NCBI GenBank assembly: GCA_951406725.2
Contig: OX597818.1
Location: 118,048,001 to 118,112,000, forward strand
Reading direction: 5' to 3'
Length of the DNA stretch: 64,000 nt
From: Octopus vulgaris
Taxonomy: Eukaryota
The translations under genes and the position numbers were made by a program. Below are positions 1-12,973 of the stretch, in pieces; the first letter of the stretch is position 1; the number at the start of each line of letters is the position of its first letter. The notes below the pieces were generated by a model. It was not told the origin of the DNA. It did no database searches and saw only the letters and a program-made list of their open reading frames with translations.

Positions 1-780
1 TGGCGCGTAAACTGTCAGTCCATGTACAAACCATGCCAACATGTGAAATGTAGTGAGAATGACGTCGGTTTTGATAACCCATTAGAGATAATTAAGCTTG
101 TATCAAATGACTGACCTTGACCGAAAATTACCCAGAACATAACAATAGTTCCTTTCATGTTCGACCGGCTCCAGATTTCGTTGACACTTGCATGACAATT
201 GCGAAAATTCTATGAATTTAACAAACACATTACCAGACTCAAGTCGACACAAAATGCCGCTATTTTATCTTACTTGTTCTTCTTGTACATCTTCATTGTA
301 TTCTTATTTTTACGGGATGTTTTATTATGTTTTTTTTTTCTTTTCTTTTCATTCCTTTCGTTACGCACATACAAACATTTGTGTGTGTAAGTATGCATGT
401 TATCCACGAATTATCGCCGAATGACGCACACAATTACACGCTAACACAAACAAAATCACGCGCGCCCATCCACCCTGATACACACACAGACACACACGCG
501 CTCGCACACACACATACACACAGACACACACACACGTGCATGCCCACACACGCACACCTACCTCCTCGAAACAAAGACGCAAGCACACAGACACTGTTTG
601 CAGAGAGGCAAAAACGAAAACACAAAAAATACATACATATAAAAATAATACAAACATCCTTAAGCGCTGTGCGTGATTTTGTGAGTGTTTGGGAGGGGAA
701 ATAAATTGATTAATATCTGTGAATATTTATATACGTTCCCATATACAACCATGCATAGACACACACACACACATAATATA

Positions 781-1444
781 CAGGCATATCTCGTCCTACG
801 TCATTAATTGGTTTCTTGAGACACGACTTAAGTCGAAAGACGACTTAGGTCGAATCAACTTATCTCTAGGCTATGCCAAATATACTTGTCTCTAGGTTAA
901 ATCGATAATAAGCATTCCCTTTTCTGTACTGTATATAGATGCATTTTCAATATTATATGGTTAATAAAAACCTATTTTAAGCTTACAAGCATTTTTTATG
1001 TTTTAATAAAGTACAGAAAAAAAAATCTAAATTTATGAATATAATTTGTTGGTGTTTACCGTACATCGCAGACGCTTTATTTATGAATGAACTTTGCAAT
1101 AAGACATGATAAAATAAAAGCCCTTTTTAAGCTTAAAACCCAACTTCAGTAATTATAATGGTCACGCGTTCTTTAGACGCCTTGTAGCCTGGAATAGTTT
1201 TCTTCTCCTTGGAAATGAATGAACGGCCTGGCAATTTCCCCCAATACAATCCAGTTTTCTGTACGTTAAAATTTTTTTCGGGATGAAACCCGTTTTCGTT
1301 GATGATTTTGTTTAATGCCTTAGGAAATTCCGCCGCTGCTTGTTCGTCAGCTGATGCACTTTCACCTTGCTTCTTAATGGAGTGATAACTTCTTCGCTCC
1401 TTAAATCTCTTGAACCATCCTTGATTTGCCTTGAACGTTAGCAA
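781..1444 (-). mobile_element. Tigger/pogo DNA transposon relic (transposase fragment and one terminus)
   Basis: ORF 1133-1444 reads FKANQGWFKRFKER..GESASAD..FN..TGLYW..P..SFISKE..PGYKASKERVT, typical of the Tigger/CENP-B-like HTH-to-DDE junction. TA|CAGGCATATCTCG at 779-793 resembles a Tigger TIR. Confidence 0.75.
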
Positions 1445-1567
1445 AAGTAACCCACTTGGCTCCGTGCATTCGTCGCAATGGCTGCGATATACGACCGCCT
1501 CCCATCGGAAAAGGAGCGGTCAGTTTCGCCCGTTCTGAGTTCGAGAGTAGATCGACGCCGTCAACGT

Positions 1568-1900
1568 CTCAGATGGGTTGAGGACAATAATATGCAGTTT
1601 AATAATGGAAAAGTCCAAGCTCTACGCTACCAGCATCCAATATTGAACTAAAAATATATAGGGCACACTGGCCCAGTGTGGATTACTATCCTAGAACCTA
1701 CATCAATGCGTGAACTGGGTATCGACATGAATGATGATACCTTTTTCCAAGTGCATATTACCAAGGTGGTGACAAAGTGTAGACGGCTGGCTGACTGGAT
1801 CCTGAGAAGCTTCAGAACCTGTTAGAAGGAAACCACGAAGGTCCTGTGGAGGAGCTTCCTCTTCACCCACCTGGACTAGTGCTCCCAACTATGGTCACCA
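1568..1900 (+). mobile_element. CR1/L2-type LINE RT C-terminal fragment
   Basis: Manual translation gives RWVEDNNMQFNNGK..ELGIDMND..F..HITKVVTKCRRLADWILRSF..LD*CSQLWSP. Confidence 0.7.
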
Positions 1901-1901
1901 C

Positions 1902-2652
1902 AGAATTTGAACTCAGAGCGTAAGTCGCAGACGAAATATCACTAAGGATTCTCTGTCGTCTGCTAACTATTTTGCTAGCTCGCCATCTTATGTGTATAGA
2001 ATAATATGCACATAAATGAATTATTACAACACGAGATTATGTAAAAACGAATTCAATGAACATGAGACCACTTTATAATTCACATTAACATCGTTTTCCA
2101 TCTCATTCCACCTGCCGGTCGTGAACAGTTAAACTTACACTAACATTAACCATTCTGCTGCTGTTCTCGTTATGTCTAATATCGACCAACAGGTCCATAT
2201 GTATTACATGTATACAACGACCCATATACGTATCGGATTATTCATATTAAGCATTCATTCAAGTAGACGGTGGAGTGGGGTAGACGATCCCATCAACACT
2301 GGTACTTAACTAATACTTACTTCATCGATTCACAAATAAAGATGAAATGTAGAGTCGTCCTCAGCGGAAATTGAAATCAGATCGTAAAGACAGACGAACT
2401 ACCAGTAGGCTTTTCGTCCGGAGTGCTAACTTTTCCGCCACCTCACCGTCTTAAAATAACCTTTTCTACTCTAGGCACAATGGCTGAAATTTGGGGGAGG
2501 GCCCAGTCAATTAGATTGACGCCAGTACACAACTGGTACTTAATTTATCGACACTGAAAGGATGAAAAGCAAAGTCGACCTCGGCGGAATTTGAACTCAG
2601 AACGTAAATACAGACGAAATAGCGCTAAGCATTTCTGCCAGCTCACCGCCTT
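1902..2652 (-). mobile_element. Three degraded copies of SINE family A (about 1902-1990, 2270-2452, 2460-2652)
   Basis: Reverse complement matches the copy at 6818-7048 (ggcggcgagctggcag..gagttcaaattccgccgaggtcgactttgcctttcatcc). Confidence 0.75.
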
Positions 2653-2924
2653 ATATTCCGGGCTAATTCCGGGCGATTCTGTCTGCCTTTAATAAGTACA
2701 ATCAAGGATCCTTTTATATTTTAAATTATATATTATCGGTTTATCTGTTTAATTACTGCTAAAAACTTCAGTGAAACTATCATGCTTGTATTTACTGTTC
2801 CAAATGTTTGATTATGACTAGTAAAATATGGCGTCCAACGGGAATTCTCATTTTTTTTAACAGAAACAAAGAGTGAAAGAGAGGTCACATTACAATATAT
2901 ATATATACATATATATATAGATAG

Positions 2925-3346
2925 ATGGCAAGTGTCTTCAACTATAACCTCGGGTCGATCATAGCCATTGGAGTTGATTTAGTAGACGGAAACTGAAAGA
3001 AGCCAGTCGTATATATATATGTGTGTGGGGGGAGGTATCTCTCTTTGACCCCACCATCACTTGACAACCGATGTTGGTGTGATCATGTCCCCGTAACTAA
3101 TAAGTACTAGGCGTACAAAAAATAAGTCCTGGGGTCAATTTATTCGACTAAAGACGGTGCTCTAGCATGGCCGCAGTCAAATGACATGTTACTTTTGTCA
3201 GAGTCACGTGTAAAGGTGGCGAGATGACAGAAACGTTAGCATACCGGGCGAAATGCTTAGCCGTTTTCTATCTAATCGACGAGAACCCTCTTCCAAAATT
3301 CCGTTCCTTGTGTCTAGAGTAGAAAGGTGTCGTGTGTGTGTGCGCG

Positions 3347-3389
<43 letters not shown>

Positions 3390-3650
3390 ATCAGTATATA
3401 AATGTATATCTGCATTTGTGTGTATATATTTATGTACTTGTGTCTGTCTCTCACCGTTGCTTGGCAACGGATGTTGGATTCTTGACTTCATCGTAACCAA
3501 ATGCTTTTGGCAAAAGAGTGTGAAAGAATAAATAGCAGCCTTAAAAGAAAAATAAATATGTATTGTGTTCGATTTTTTCCGACCAAAACCCATCAAGATG
3601 TTGCCCCAGCTTGGCTGCATGCCAGCGAGTGAATCAAGTAAAAGCTAAAA
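2925..3650 (+). mobile_element. SINE cluster: family B fragments (2925-3185, 3420-3650) and a short family A copy (3215-3325)
   Basis: Shares blocks with 36372-36800 (gacggaaactgaaagaagcc; cttgacaaccgatgttgg) and with 6818-7048. Confidence 0.7.
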
Positions 3651-4479
3651 AAGATAAGACAGTAATAAAGAATGTCAGTCGAAAATATCAAAAGAAAACT
3701 TCAATACATAATTATTTTTTGTTTTATTTTAAGTACTGTAGATTTCGTTTAAACATGCGTGTTGTAGGATTATGTAAATTTCGTTGTCATTGTGTGCAAG
3801 CCAGTTATTGCAACTTAATTATTTTAAGACGAATTAAAATATTACATTCTAAATTACATTGGCTAACATTCCTAGTATTTAGATGAAATGTGATATACTT
3901 TTCCGGTGTTTTTTTCTTTTTTTATATCCTCTGACTTTATTTCCGTTCACCCAAATACCAAAGGATTATTTAGAAAATAAATCAGCTGAACTGGACACAT
4001 CGATAAAACTTGTGCCCACTTCTGCTGAAATAAATCGTGAGAATTTTTTTTTCTTTTGTCACTACAGGTCAGTTCTGATCTAGCAGACCTATAAACCAAA
4101 GATTTAGAAATATATTATGCTCTGTGTCATTTATTTCTTTTGAATGTGATGCAATTTCTAACAGTTTGAATAAACATGTTGTCACTCACCGATTTTCACT
4201 GAGTGGAATTTGCGGCTGTTTGAATCTGTGAATGAAATAATGATTGCTGTATTGAGAGTTTCCAAGGTGATAGTAGAGAAATGACGTCAGAAAAATGTGA
4301 CGTCTGCGTTGGCTGGGTCATGCCCTCCGTCTTCAACCAGGAGAATTCAGCTAGGAAGCAATTGCCCCGGCTCCCCTTCAGGGTTGGCGAAAGCGATGTG
4401 GTGGACAACGAAAAACCTGACTGATGACAGTCAATGCTGATCTGGAACCTAACCTAACCCCCCCCCCATATCTACAGCG

Positions 4480-4622
4480 TTCGCCGCTGGTATAAGGAGT
4501 GGTTGGAGATCACGCGGTCGTTAGCCTCAAATCGCCAGGCCTGTTCGGCGTTTGTGAGAGATGCAGCATTGAGGATGAATGAAGCCAGCTCAACCGAACC
4601 CGGGTGAATGCTGTCAAGTATA

Positions 4623-4657
<35 letters not shown>

Positions 4658-5000
4658 TGTGTATATAGTTGGAATGCAGGATGATTCAGTCTGAGAGGCA
4701 GTATGCAATGTGATGCTTGTAGAAACTGAGCGAACACTGAGATAATCTGAGCCGAGCCAGTGGTTGTAGTGTGTTGATTAAGAAATCATTATTAGTCAGC
4801 TGCAGGATTCTTATGTTGGGATGTGGTCTGTAATGAATGGTGTGTTCAACAGCAGCACTGTCCTAGTTATGTGAGCAGCATGGAAATGTGTTGAGTGGCA
4901 TTTAATATTAATGTATATATATTTAAAGGATCTGCAACTGGTTGTGATTATGGCTGATATTTTTTTGTAGCCTTGAAAATGAAATATAATATTTGGCATG
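4480..5000 (-). mobile_element. Highly decayed LINE AP-endonuclease-like fragment
   Basis: Weak pattern H.NHWLGSD..CIPT..TILD, interrupted by (TA)n. Confidence 0.3.
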
Positions 5001-5099
5001 TGGATTTGGCAATGTTATATAACTTAAGGCGCTTTCAGAGATAGTGAGTGTGAGGTCACGCATTCGCAGTGAGTTTAAGAGATTTAGGAGTATGTTTTA

Positions 5100-7350
5100 C
5101 ATGCGTAGGCGGTAGTGAGGCAAAACTTGCCTTTGCTGGGACTAGCAAAGTAATACTGGTATTGTTGAAAGAAACGAAATTATAATTCGCATGAGGAATG
5201 TCGTGTGGGAGATATTTTTCGATGTACTTGGTGCAAGCCGAATGTCAGTGTCTGTACGGAATGATGTATGCATGCAATACAAGAAAGGAGTCTGAATATT
5301 AATGTTATAGATAGAAGATTATTCAAATAAACACAAGAAAACTTGTATTTATTCGCGAACTCTCATATTCACCAGTTTGACGGAATGTGGAATGGGTAGG
5401 TCAACCTAACAAGAAATAAACCATCCTAAATATAATAACTCTGTAAAACCAATAGCCATGGTGTTTTACTCTTAGGTTTATCGTGGAAGACATGGTCGAA
5501 CGGCTTTCTCATTTGAAAGACATCATAGTTGTTCTCTGTGTATATGCCTGCATGATCCCCGTCGTGGGATTAATAACATTGGAGGCGAAGTATCTATTAT
5601 GTTTGGCTCTACAGCTCTAGTGGAAATGTGTGGTTAATGAAAATAGGAAACAAAGCAGCAGATGAATGCGATGGAAATTGTGTAGTAAGATTATCATATT
5701 TAATTTGGTTATTTAATTACAAAATGTTGAGACTGGCATACACTACGTCGAGTAAGAAAGATTGGAATATTTGATAATGATTCCAGCTTTCTCTTAAATA
5801 CGTAAGTGAAGAGTAGAGGATAGAGTGGAGTGGTATTATTTTGACCGACAGAATTTTGGGCCTGGGCTGAGTAGAAGAGTTCCTTTTACTTAGTAAAGGG
5901 CGAAACGAACATAACATTTGTGCAGTATTGGTACGTACATGACTGAGTAATAGGAACAGAAACATCAGTTTGTAGATTTACTGATTTCTATTTACAAAAG
6001 CATAAGAAGTGAGTCTTTGGGAAAATTTAGCAGTGTTGTTTTTGTTTGTTTTTTTGTTAATACGCACCAAATTAGCAAAAGTATGATTTCAGATTAAGAT
6101 AAGAAACGACAGATATAGGGAAAGAAGCAGAAAAAAAAGCGTAAATGATCCCCAAAATGTTCATCTTCCTTTAATCAGCTAGATATTGTACCCACATTTA
6201 CAAAATCATATAATACCAGTAAAAAAAACAAGAGTTACATAACACAATATTACAGTTCCACATTCACTGTGCAAAGAAAATGTATACGAATGAACAAAAT
6301 GTTGGAATGAAATCGATGTGATATATCTGAACAAAGCTATACCCCATCGAATGCAGTCTGGTATTTTTGTGGTGCTTACATTATCTTTAATTATTTGCAA
6401 AATAAGTCTTCCGCTTGCATTTTCATGATGCTGTTTCAAAAATTCTTGGCTGGGATTGAAATTAAATTGAGCGATGATATAGAAGCTTCATCTTTGCAAT
6501 TGAAATGAGATTCATTATTGATAGAGACTCTAACTTGAAATTATGATTTAAGTCCGGCTATGAATATTAAATATTTGTGGTCATTGAAAAGTTGTCCGTA
6601 TTGCAGAATATTTGATTTTGTATACCTACTCCAAGGATGAGTTGAATAAGAGAAATATACTCTTGAATGGGAGAGTCTGGTGGGTATTTTTTTAGCAATC
6701 CACTGGTGTTTGAGACATTTTCATGGTGGTTATTCTAGGAATAATCACTACTATCAGGTACATTGATATCTCCGTTGGAAAAAGATACATTCCATAGTGG
6801 TTGGTTATTAGTAAAAAGGCGGCGAGCTGGCAGAGACGTTAGCACGCCCGGCAAAATGCGTAGCCGCATTCCGTCTGCCGTTACGTTCTGAGTTCAAATT
6901 CCGTCGAGGTCGACTTTGCCTTTCATCCTTTCGGGGTCGATGAATTAAGTACCAGTTACGCACTGGGGTCGATGTATTCGACTAAATCCGTCTGTCTGTC
7001 CTTGTTTGTCCCCTCTGTGTTTATCCCCTTGTGGGCAGTAAAGAAATAGGTTATTAGTAAAATGAAATATGCCAATAGAATATTTTGTTGACTTTCAATT
7101 TTGTTTTTGGTAATTGACTCGAAGCCATTGCTAATAGAGCGGGCGAAAGATAAAGTGTTCCTGATGTCAAACACTTGGCTTGCCTTGCGAGATCTGTAGG
7201 GTTATGTTCTTTCTAGTAACCCCAGTGCCATAATTGAGACTGTCTGCGTGGTTACTTCTATGGTCTTATGCACGAACTTTCTGCTTCAGCAAGTTTACGC
7301 TTTTGATGCGAGATTATTGTTTCTTCACGACATACTACACCATAGTTATT
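5100..7350 (-). mobile_element. Highly decayed Penelope-like RT fragments (about 5100-5950 and 6300-7350)
   Basis: Remnants PKI..K.IPL.SI and SF..DVV..SL (ORF 5717-5965) and GRL.LQI..TK.P (ORF 6206-6439) resemble motifs in the intact PLE at 51306. Confidence 0.35.
6818..7048 (+). mobile_element. SINE family A, full copy with target-site duplication (Meta-domain-like body)
   Basis: A-box/B-box-like head (agctggcagag; gagttcaaatt) and body gcctttcatcctttcggggtcgat..aagtaccag. A 14-bp direct repeat ggttattagtaaaa lies at 6803-6816 and 7049-7062. Confidence 0.85.
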
Positions 7351-7984
7351 AGTAAAAATATTTGTACCAATTTCATATTAATAAAAGAGCAAGTGAACAC
7401 CACACACGCACAAACACACATACACGTGCACGCATATTCACACTCACACACGTCCATAAATATTTTCTCATAAAACACATACATACATAATCATGTGTGT
7501 ATGCATATGATATATAATAACTATCTAGCACTTTCTCTCTCACTTTAAATATATGTATGTGTGTATGCGTGTAAAAGTTTTGTGCAATAATAACCAAGAC
7601 AGGAAAAGAAAATAGGTTAACCCAGGGGACACGAGATTCATAAATATTGCTATCCGGGCTATAATCGGTAAAGAAGTCGTCCGGAAGAGATAGATACACA
7701 CCGTTCGAGTCTCAAGGGAATATTTGTTCTGATTTTACGCCCTATATGAAAGTCTGTCAATAACCTACGTAAATTATATTTCAAATATTTACCGTTAATA
7801 TGCACACCATTTATAGCTACAGGAATACTATGAAGATTTCAACCAAAACAAGAAGGAAGGGATCCGTTTCAGCAAGGAGATAGATTAAGAAATTAACAAG
7901 GTTGTCAGATTAATAGCCAGCTTAATGTTGAAAGAATCCCTCTTGATAAACAAAGCCTTTTTGTCATATCAAATCGTGTGCGTT

Positions 7985-8051
<67 letters not shown>

Positions 8052-9227
8052 AACACTAATTATAAATCGCATTCATATTTCGCCTACGTCTCACCCTTGC
8101 TATACTTCAGTCGTATTTTCAATCTTTAAATGAACCCTCGAAGCTTTCTGAAGTTTGTATTCTAAGTTGTCTATGGAATACTATCTTTACAACGTTTGAG
8201 AAAGGAACGCTGAACATTGTCACTCTGAATTCTGAAGGAACGTACCACTGACGAACACTATATGAGCCATGAACCCCAGTATCTGTTCTTTTCAGCAGGG
8301 TCATTAGAGCTAAATCCCATATAATACAACTCAGGCCCAAAAGAAAAACACGCAGATGAGTTTAAAATAAACTCATGTAATGTGCAGAATAAAGCCTAGC
8401 TACAACGAAAGTCCCATCACGATTGTTCAAACATTTCTTACAACCACTTTTATAATTGTGAAACCAAAATAACAGCATCAAGAGCCACGGGCACTGAGTG
8501 TTGAAAACCAATTGGGACAACTAAAAAGGCCAAAAAAAAAACAAAAAATAGATTTTTTCAGTTAAAGTTATGGGAATACTAAATATAAAACTGACGTCAT
8601 CAACAACGGTTTTGTTGGCTATGATGTCCACCAGTATCCTATCAAATCATTGAGGACCCAGTGAGACTATCTTAGCTCAATCGGAAAATATCCAAAGTTT
8701 GAATGATGAAAGATGACGTGAAGATGATATGAATCTCTGTTGGTTCTGCTGTCTTTGTTAGGTATTTTTTAGCAAATCTAGATGAAATGCAAACGAAAGT
8801 TATTTATAGAGTTGCTTAGTTTAAGAAATATCAACAGCGAGTGACTTGAAATATATCACTGCCTTGCGTGCATCAAGTTTCATGTTTTAAATGTTCTGTA
8901 AATTCAGGGAACAGAACGTTTTCTGTTTTTTTATATCGAAAATGTAATAATTTTTTTTTTTCAATTTCATTTTATTCAAATGGGGATGTTCTAGATCTTT
9001 AAAAGAAAGTCAACACGAGTAAAGTTTTGATGTGTATTATTATGCATGTTTGTCTATCTTTATGTGATGCTTCAAACATGCATTCCCCTGTTCTAAAGTC
9101 TTCATCAAACTTTTGCTTCCAATTCTTGACATACTTAATACAATATAAAAACGCTAGTTGGCATGAGAATAGCAGAAGCAAGCACTAATTTGATAGAAAT
9201 TAATGCCAAATAATTCACATAAACAAA

Positions 9228-9553
9228 TCCTGCTCGTGAAATTAACGTGCAAGTGGCTGAGTGCTCTACAGACGCGTGTACCCCTAACGTAGTTTTCGGG
9301 GAGATTTAGCGTGACACAGAGTGTGACAAGGCTGGTCCTTTGAAATACAGGTACAACAGAAACAGGAAGAAAGAATGAGAGAAAGTTGTGGTGAAAGAGT
9401 ACATCAGAGTTAGCCAGCATCCCCTGCCGGAGCTTCGTGATGCTTTAGATGTTATCGCTCAATAAACACTCACAACACTAGGTCTGGGAATTGATACCGT
9501 GATCCTACAACCGCGACTTCGCTGCTCTAACTACTGGGACATTGCGCCTCCAC
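9228..9553 (-). mobile_element. SINE family C (tRNA-Arg-like head)
   Basis: Reverse complement of the head matches 17888-17963; body is shared with 59080-59220. Confidence 0.8.
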
Positions 9554-10202
9554 ACACAAACAAATAATATATGCTTTTGCTCTTACCTGTTTTCCTTTGT
9601 ACATATTCTTTGTGAATGAATAATTCCACTTTCCTCTGATAAACTAAAGAATTGAAATGGATTAAAATATCAAGCCATTTAATGTTTCACTGTGGCATGG
9701 AAGATATTTGGTTACTACATTTAATTTATATATTTTTTATCCATTTCTATTTATATCGTTGTATTTACGAGTATTATAACCACCGTATATTATTTGAGGA
9801 AAAATATTTCAATTAACTTAACCTGCTTTGCTGCAGGCTTTTAGAATTTGTCTTTCTTTAAGTTTCTCCTCGTGTTTAAGCATTAAATAATTATGTGTGG
9901 TAAAAAGAGAAAAAAATATTTTTGAACGTATTTATTTGAAAAAATGCGCTTCAAGTTATTTTTACTATTTTTGAAACCATACAAAAGCACACAGCGAATG
10001 TAATTTAATTTTAGTACTGTTTTAACTCTCAAATCAAAATGTTCGTTTGTTAAACTTTTCTATGTGAGTATAAGATTTGTTAAAATACATGAATAATTCG
10101 CTTTTCCATTATATAATAGTATACATCGTTTTTAAATGTTGCAATTTGTATTATTTACGTTAGAAAAAGAAAATTGCCAGTTAAATAAGACAATAACATA
10201 TG

Positions 10203-10233
<31 letters not shown>

Positions 10234-10249
10234 GTTTATAAATATATAA

Positions 10250-10293
<44 letters not shown>

Positions 10294-10500
10294 TCTTACT
10301 CTTTTACTTGTTTCAGTCATTTAACTGCGGCCATGCGGGTGTACCGCATTTAGTCCAGCAAATCGACCCCAGGATGTATTCTTTGTAAGCTTAGTACTCA
10401 TTCTATCGGGATCTTTTGCCGAACCGCAAAGTTACGAGGACGTAAACACATCACCATCGGTTGTCAAGCGATTTGGGGGGAGTCAAACACAGACATAAAA
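10294..10500 (-). mobile_element. SINE family B 3' half
   Basis: Reverse complement matches 36590-36800. Confidence 0.8.
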
Positions 10501-10699
10501 ACTTATACACATACATATATATACACGTATATGCATATACTTATATATATATATATTGATAGAAAGACAAATATATATCTATATATATATACATGTATAT
10601 ATGTATGCGTGTGTACTTCAATTTATGTATACATAAATCCCACAAACAGGGGGAATATTGTTATCACATATTACTCGTATTTATGTAATCGATCCCAGA

Positions 10700-11170
10700 A
10701 AATGGAAAAAAAAGGTTTGGCAAGTCCCAAAGTAATGTCCTCCAAATTAATGCTGCCGACTTCATGGCGAGAGGCTTCGATACCTGGATGTCCTGTAAAG
10801 ACATATGAAGAACACTGGCATCTCACAAAACACCTGAGAGGAGGAGGTTCTGTGGCACGATGAATTGAACTGATCTCTGAAGCTCGTATTTCAAGTCATT
10901 GAGGAGAAGTAACAGCGTGAAGAGGCAAAAAAATAAAAAAAAAACACATGTGAGTCGTGACTTGTTCATTGAGTCAGTAGATTCACATGCCTTGTAGATC
11001 ACATAGCTGCTTGCCAGAGATCCTTTCTGAGCAAGAACAGTCAACGCCGATCTACGACGGACAGCCGAAGACGAACTCTTGTTATAAAGGGACACACGAA
11101 ACAGAGAAAGGCTCACACGTAACAGAGAAAAGCACATATTCGGATACTCCATTAAAATTCCGAGGCTGAT
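10700..11170 (+). mobile_element. Decayed RTE-type LINE C-terminal fragments
   Basis: PKVM..W..GCPVKTY and W..TVNADLRRT..R.RL..FG resemble the RTE ORF end. Confidence 0.4.
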
Positions 11171-11229
11171 AAAATTTAAAAACACCAAAGATATTGTATG
11201 TCCATATTATAAAAAAAAATAATAAAAAC

Positions 11230-11474
11230 TGTTCCTTCTCGAGCTATGCCAGGCACATAAGGACCGGTTTGTCGGTTTCAGTGGCGTAGAAATTCCCCAT
11301 CTTGACGGTCCGTCGCTCCGTCGCAAGATTACTCATTTTTGCCATCTGGGTGGACTGGACCAACGTGAAAATGAAGTGTTTTGCTGAAGAACACAACGCA
11401 TCACCCGGTGCAGGAATCGAAACCGCAACCTTACGACCATGAGTTCAATAATACCACATAGACACGCGCCTCCA
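11230..11474 (-). mobile_element. SINE related to family C
   Basis: tRNA-like head on the minus strand (gtggaggcgcgtg..ggtttcgattcctg). Confidence 0.7.
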
Positions 11475-11834
11475 CTATGTTCATATTATAGTGTAAGTTA
11501 ATGTTTTAGATTCATTTCGAGTATCCAGGAACATTTTTCGTAATAGAACATAAATGTCTACTACATGTTAAACGGGGAATGTAAAGGGGAGAGAATTGTA
11601 CATTGGTGCTGGAAAATGTATACGGGATTATATTCTTATCGCAACGACTTTGCATTTCGCCAAAACGGGAGAAATGTGTCGTTGTAAATACACATGCGAT
11701 TAATATACGTTCTTGAGAAGAGAGATAATTTGAACATTCTGTACCAGGGGGCACAGCATACCGAGAAAATCTATTCTAATAGCTAACTCTCAAAATTTGC
11801 ATAGAATTAATTTTCTTAATGAAACGAGGAAAAG

Positions 11835-11990
11835 CAGAGAGCTGACAATCATTAGCACACCAGGCAAAATTCTTAGTGTTCTGAGTTCGAATTCCGCCGA
11901 AGCCGGAAGTGCCTTTCATCTTTTCGGGCCAGTAAAATAAATACCACTGGAGCAATGGGGCCCTGTGCCTATCGTAGAAAGGATTATTAA
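11835..11990 (+). mobile_element. SINE family A, degraded
   Basis: gagttcgaattccgccga..gcctttcatc block. Confidence 0.7.
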
Positions 11991-12539
11991 AACGGGGCAC
12001 AGAACTTTCCGAATGTCCTATACGTCTACTAAAAGATTTGATTAGGTTTCTTTCTCTATGACGGAGGATTGGATGAATCGTTAAGATGCCGGAAGAATGA
12101 ATTGTCGTAATTATTTCAAGTCTTTGAAATATTATGTCAGCGCCTGTAACAACATTGTAGGTTAGCATGAGCGATCATGCTTTCCACTTAGAATACATCC
12201 TTGGAGAGGAGAGTAAAACTTGCATGGATGGGCATCTGCTTGCTTTCAACAAAACCAACATGCCCAAATCTGCAATTGAAAGAGCTCTGCATGTGCAGGT
12301 GCTGAGGCATCTTTAAGCCATATGTGTGTGTGTATGTGTGTGTGTGTAAGGTTGCGCACGTGTGCATATAGGAAGACTGTTTTTCTTCACGGTGTACAGG
12401 AGGCTTTTGAGCAAGAACAGCTAAAATTATTAATGAAAACATTCCTTTGAAAAAAATTCATTTCAATGTGCTGATCTAGTATTTCACAACACACACATTC
12501 ACACACTTATAGATGCGTGTGTAATGTGTATGTATATAT

Positions 12540-12745
12540 AGGAAAGGATATTGAAATATTCCTGGTTTAAAGGTGTCACGAAGGGCCTGACTCGAAGCCC
12601 GAAATTCAGAGGTTTTAAATGTGGCTTAGAAGAACTAAAGAGCCCTTAAAATGAAGGTATAAATCTGAAGGGACAATATGTTGAATAAAACCATAATTAA
12701 CTGATCCTCCTCAATGTTCTTTTAACCAAAGCCCCCTCCTGGTAT
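12540..12745. mobile_element. Possible non-autonomous mariner-like relic
   Basis: TA-flanked; left end ggatattgaaatattcctgg resembles mariner termini. The right TIR is poor. Confidence 0.3.
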
Positions 12746-12811
12746 ATCCATATATGATATATCGCTAGCTACTACACATTCTTTATTTTCTCTCCGTTTC
12801 ATTCCGTGTTC

Positions 12812-12848
12812 CCTTCTGTCAAAGAGCGTAGGCTCGAAACGTTAAAGA
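12812..12848 (+). ncRNA. Hammerhead-like motif in a solo PLE pseudo-LTR fragment (about 12760-12880)
   Basis: CTGTCAA a gagc-gtag-gctc GAAA cgtt aaaga; same family as 50900 and 54251. Confidence 0.5.
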
Positions 12849-12913
12849 CTTTTTTATTTCCCGAGCGTTACACTAATACATACATATATACATACATACA
12901 TACATACATACTT

Positions 12914-12973
<60 letters not shown>

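Noticed and set aside
1470-1530. GC-rich hairpins next to a minus-strand GAAA (possible hammerhead)
   Set aside because: No CUGANGA-like core or closing stem II in the required place.
4370-4460. CTGATGA with a nearby GAAA and a (CCTAA)2 tail
   Set aside because: The stems do not assemble. It is more likely a LINE 3' remnant, and too short for an interstitial telomere.
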